Of a stretch of DNA of 30,571 nucleotides, positions 27,421-30,571 are shown one piece after another. The notes under the pieces were generated by a model. That model ran no database searches and was not told where the DNA came from. It saw nothing but the letters and a program-made list of their open reading frames with translations. The stretch is from Gemmatimonadota bacterium (GTDB taxonomy: Bacteria; Gemmatimonadota; Gemmatimonadetes; Palauibacterales; Palauibacteraceae). The stretch's first letter is position 1; each line of letters starts with the position of its first letter. The stretch covers positions 1 to 30,571 of the forward strand of contig JBDHAC010000041.1 in assembly GCA_039588275.1 (NCBI GenBank), in the 5' to 3' direction. A program made the position numbers and the translations under genes.

Positions 27421-27437
27421 GGGCAACCCCTGTGCCC
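27421..27437 (-). promoter_or_regulatory. Sigma54 -24/-12 promoter for the pilin gene
   Basis: The - strand reads GGGCACAGGGGTTGCCC, matching GGCAC-N5-TTGC, about 68 bp upstream of the ATG. Confidence 0.7.
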
Positions 27438-27711
27438 GCACCCTGAACCTCGCTGACTCCAACCGGTTGAAGGCCTCTTGTTGCATGCCGCCCATAGGAC
27501 GGGACGCGCGTTGCCGCGTGATTCGGGCAGTTTGCAAGACCAACGAGCGGGAAAGCGGTCAGGACGACTGATTGCGGCGTGTTACAGACCGGGAGGACGC
27601 TCCGTTCGGAGCGAGGTCACCGAGTGCGGGGGGCGATGTGTCGACGGTTCGCACCAGTATCCCACATCCCGGACGAGGACCGGGGGAGATCGGGCCACGT
27701 GCGGTGACCGC

Positions 27712-30210
27712 TCAACGGGCCGGAGATGGCTGCGCCCCGGCCTCGCGCCAACGCCGGGCTCGGGCTCTCGCCGCACTGGCCACGAGCGCCAGGGCGCCCA
27801 GCAGGAGCGTGCCCAGAGAGATCGTCCGGCCGCGCGTAAACGATCTGGGTAGGTATTGGAACACGACCTCGCGGTCACCCGCTCGGAGCTCAACGGCCCG
27901 GAAGAAGAAGTTGGCGAGCCGGATCTCCCTCTCTTCACCATCCACGAACGCTTTCCAGCCGGGGAAGTAGCTGTCGGTGAGCACGATGTGACTGCCCCCC
28001 TCCCCATCGAGAACGATCCTCACCCGTTCCGGCTCATCCCCCACCAGACGAGCCAAAGGCAACGTGCTGTCTTCCGGCCGCTCGACCAACGTAGACTCGA
28101 CGTGCGACGGGGTCGGTTTCCCATCGACCGCCACGGCTGGATCGACGAGTGCGACCTGCCCTCGCGGTTCGAAATCCCGGAGCAGCATCGCGTTCAACGC
28201 GGCCACCTCGTCGGAGAAGTACTTCGGCTCGATCGCCACGTAGGCTCTCGGGAGAGGATCGATGAGCTCGTACAGGCGACCGGGGAGCGAGTCGAGCGGA
28301 AGCTCGAGGGCGTATCCCTCGTGCTCGAGCGCCTCGATGCTGTACAGGTACCTGACGCTGTTCAGACGAAGCAGGTTCCAGCGCCGAAACGCCTCCGGAA
28401 GCAGCCGGTAGAAGTCCCACTTGTCGCGGTAGCGGCGCGGTTTCATCGCGTCCCAGTGATCGGGTTGAAGCGTCCGACTCATCTGCCCCGTGTTCGGCTG
28501 CAGCGTCTGCTGCCACATCCACTTCTGGGCGTCCAGCGGCACGCCCCGCACCAGGCGGACACGATCGGGTTGGGTGTGAAACCCGGTCGCCCGGAAGCGG
28601 AAGTCACGCTGCACGTCCCGGATCGGTAGCGCGTCCGCGAGAAGCGGAGGTCGCTCGTAGAAGTCGCGTTCCACGACCGGATTCAGGTCCCGGTGCGCGA
28701 CGAGCAGGTCCGCAGTCAGCAGTGCCACGAACAGGATCCCGAACGTTCGCGCCGATACTCGGCCGCGGCGGAACAGCCAGATCAGAAGGATCCCGAGGGC
28801 GACCACCAGCAGCAGCTTCGAGAGGTTCTGCCCCCACATACGGTAGGCGAAATCGAAGCTCGACAGCATGCGGTCGTTGTTGAAGCCGCGGGCGAACGTT
28901 TCGAGCGCGCCGCGCGAGAAGTGGAACGCGACCCGCGCACCGAGGACGACGGCAAGTAGCAGGGCGGCCAGGGGGAGATCGGCTCGTGACCGGCGTTTCG
29001 CGAGCAGCTCCTCCATGCCGTAGCCCGCTAGGATCGCGGCCGAGAAGCCGGAAAAGAAGAAGTACTTCTCAGGGAACCGGAAGCTCGCGAAGCCCGGAAC
29101 GTGCTCGAAAAGCCACGGAAAGATCGGCGTGAAGCCCCCGAGTGCGATGAGGAGTCCGAGCGCGCCCAGCGCGTTCCACACGGCTACCTCGCGTCGGCGT
29201 CTTCGGTTGCGCCAGGCGAAAAAGAGGAGCGGCACCCACAGCGCACCGAGGTAGATGGAGAACAACCACGGGTCCGTCCGACCGATGGTCGACCGAAGAC
29301 CGAAGCTGTACACCGGATCACGGTAATCCGTCGGCACCAGGAGGTGGATCAGGCGGATCGGTTCGAGCGAGTAGGCGCTCGCCTCGCCGTAAACGAGTCC
29401 ACCCGAGCCGCGTCCGGACTCCTGCATGTACTCGAACGTCGGCAGGAGCTGGATCATCGCGAGGCCTGCGACGAACAGACCGGCCACGATCACCGAAAAC
29501 GCCAGAGTCGGGAGTCGCCGTCTGGCATGCGAGTCTCGACTCAGGACCAGACCGCCGGCAATCGCGGCCACGGCCGTCGTGAACAGGAAGGATTGGGGCT
29601 CGCCGGCCAGCAGCGCCAGCGTGAGCACGCTGATGAGCCGGGCGAGGGACCCGGCTGTGCGTCTCTCCAGATGGTCGAGGACGACGTAGCAAGCGGCCGG
29701 GGCCCAGGCCGCACCCTGCTGCGCGTTGACCAGGTTCAGAAGCGACGTGAAGTAGCCGCCGAACAGGAAGACCGCAGCAGCGGCGAACGCGGGTGCCGGT
29801 GCCAGGCGGAGCTTCCGCGCGAGCAGGTAGCTCCCGCCACCACCCAGGAGGAAGTGGAACACGATCAGGAGGTTCAACACGGGGAAGAACGGAAGGACCG
29901 CGTACAGCCAATGAGGGGGATAGAACACGCCGGTCTGGAAGTTGGCGAGGAATGGGGCGCCCGTGCCAATGTGGGGCGACCAGAGCGGCACACGACCCTC
30001 CTGGAGCGCTTCCGCCAGGAGGTGCTTCTGCGGGATGAAGAACATCTGCATGTCGCGGGCGAACGGGACCCCCGACATGGTCACGAGCTCCCACAGGTAG
30101 AGCCCGCCGAGGACGGCGAGCCCCAGCGGTGCCCACGCGGCGGGGTTGAAGGGATCCTTTCTCACGGCCGGGTCCGTCGCATCGGTCCCGTGCGTTCGCC
30201 CTCGGCCCAC
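27712..30210 (-). CDS. YfhO-family polytopic membrane protein (GT-C glycosyltransferase-like); start uncertain
   Basis: Many TM segments, early loop RDMQMFFIP...PLWSPHIGTGAPF, and the C-terminal LTDSYFPGWKAFVDG...ANFFFRAVEL..G...V.F.Y.P signature followed by a final TM. Confidence 0.85.
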   Translation of the reverse strand: MGRGRTHGTDATDPAVRKDPFNPAAWAPLGLAVLGGLYLWELVTMSGVPFARDMQMFFIPQKHLLAEALQEGRVPLWSPHIGTGAPFLANFQTGVFYPPHWLYAVLPFFPVLNLLIVFHFLLGGGGSYLLARKLRLAPAPAFAAAAVFLFGGYFTSLLNLVNAQQGAAWAPAACYVVLDHLERRTAGSLARLISVLTLALLAGEPQSFLFTTAVAAIAGGLVLSRDSHARRRLPTLAFSVIVAGLFVAGLAMIQLLPTFEYMQESGRGSGGLVYGEASAYSLEPIRLIHLLVPTDYRDPVYSFGLRSTIGRTDPWLFSIYLGALWVPLLFFAWRNRRRRREVAVWNALGALGLLIALGGFTPIFPWLFEHVPGFASFRFPEKYFFFSGFSAAILAGYGMEELLAKRRSRADLPLAALLLAVVLGARVAFHFSRGALETFARGFNNDRMLSSFDFAYRMWGQNLSKLLLVVALGILLIWLFRRGRVSARTFGILFVALLTADLLVAHRDLNPVVERDFYERPPLLADALPIRDVQRDFRFRATGFHTQPDRVRLVRGVPLDAQKWMWQQTLQPNTGQMSRTLQPDHWDAMKPRRYRDKWDFYRLLPEAFRRWNLLRLNSVRYLYSIEALEHEGYALELPLDSLPGRLYELIDPLPRAYVAIEPKYFSDEVAALNAMLLRDFEPRGQVALVDPAVAVDGKPTPSHVESTLVERPEDSTLPLARLVGDEPERVRIVLDGEGGSHIVLTDSYFPGWKAFVDGEEREIRLANFFFRAVELRAGDREVVFQYLPRSFTRGRTISLGTLLLGALALVASAARARARRWREAGAQPSPAR

Positions 30211-30347
30211 CCCCGTGTATGGACCATGCGCGCTCCCGTTCCTCCCTCCGTCTGCCCCACTTCGACGACCCGATTCACGCTACGGCTCGGGTAGGTCGCC
30301 ACGCGGAAAGGTCGGTGGCCAGCGACCGAAACGCAAAGAGCGAGGCC

Positions 30348-30380
30348 AAAAAAAAGGCGCGGCTGGTCGCCGCGCCTTTT
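30348..30380 (-). terminator. Intrinsic terminator after the upstream pilin (possibly bidirectional)
   Basis: Stem GGCGCGGC/GCCGCGCC with a 5-nt loop, A8 on the left (U8 on -) and T4 on the right. Confidence 0.9.
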
Positions 30381-30415
30381 CTCTTCGGATCCGATCGATC
30401 CAGGGACGAGCCGCC

Positions 30416-30571
30416 CTAGCAGCTGCCTCCCTGCATGATCTGGCCGACGGCACCGGCCGCCTTCGTAGCGGAGGCGTTGATGCACCAGGTCTTGTTCGAG
30501 CTCGAGTGCGTCGCCGTGATCTGGTAGCCATCGGTGTAGGCCGTGGCCGCCAGGTCGACGCTCTGGCTCGC
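30416..30571 (-). CDS. 3' end of a type IV pilin, probably the major pilin (not in the ORF track)
   Basis: Translates as ASQSVDLAATAYTDGYQITATHSSSNKTWCINASATKAAGAVGQIMQGGSC*. It aligns by eye with the 26988-27353 pilin (S..V, G[YW]...ATH, C...C) and is followed by a strong terminator. Confidence 0.75.
   Translation of the reverse strand, partial: ASQSVDLAATAYTDGYQITATHSSSNKTWCINASATKAAGAVGQIMQGGSC

Noticed and set aside
30301..30345. GGAAA...ACGCAAAG resembling a c-di-GMP-I riboswitch
   Set aside because: It is on the + strand with no gene to control, and lacks the GNRA loop and second stem.

Overview
GC-rich bacterial window, probably Gemmatimonadota (inferred from gene order and pilin type), consisting mostly of core genes. 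The left end (~190-950) is a decayed integrative-element remnant: a 5'-truncated, frameshifted DUF4145/HEPN gene, a C-terminal tyrosine-integrase fragment and arm-like repeats. It abuts the 5' end of tRNA-Leu(TAG). On the + strand follow tig-clpP-clpX-engB, a Cache-HAMP membrane protein with no output domain, and a Ca2+/Na+ antiporter. The rest is on the - strand. It starts with a type IVa pilus locus (partial pilin, YfhO-like GT-C membrane protein, second pilin, two FimT/GspH-like pilins, PilV-like, PilW-like, pilMNOPQ) and continues through aroC-aroK-topA-xerC-hslV-hslU-argF-gcvT-mog to a sigma54 activator. Best leads: a PilY1-type Dx[DN]xDGxxD Ca2+ loop inside PilQ, a candidate pilin glycosyltransferase between two pilins, the output-less sensor paired with the antiporter, two palindromic sigma54-like pilin promoters, the island on the 5' side of the tRNA, a (GAG)10 tract in tig, and 3x10-bp repeats before clpP. 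All calls come from motif recognition; no searches were run.
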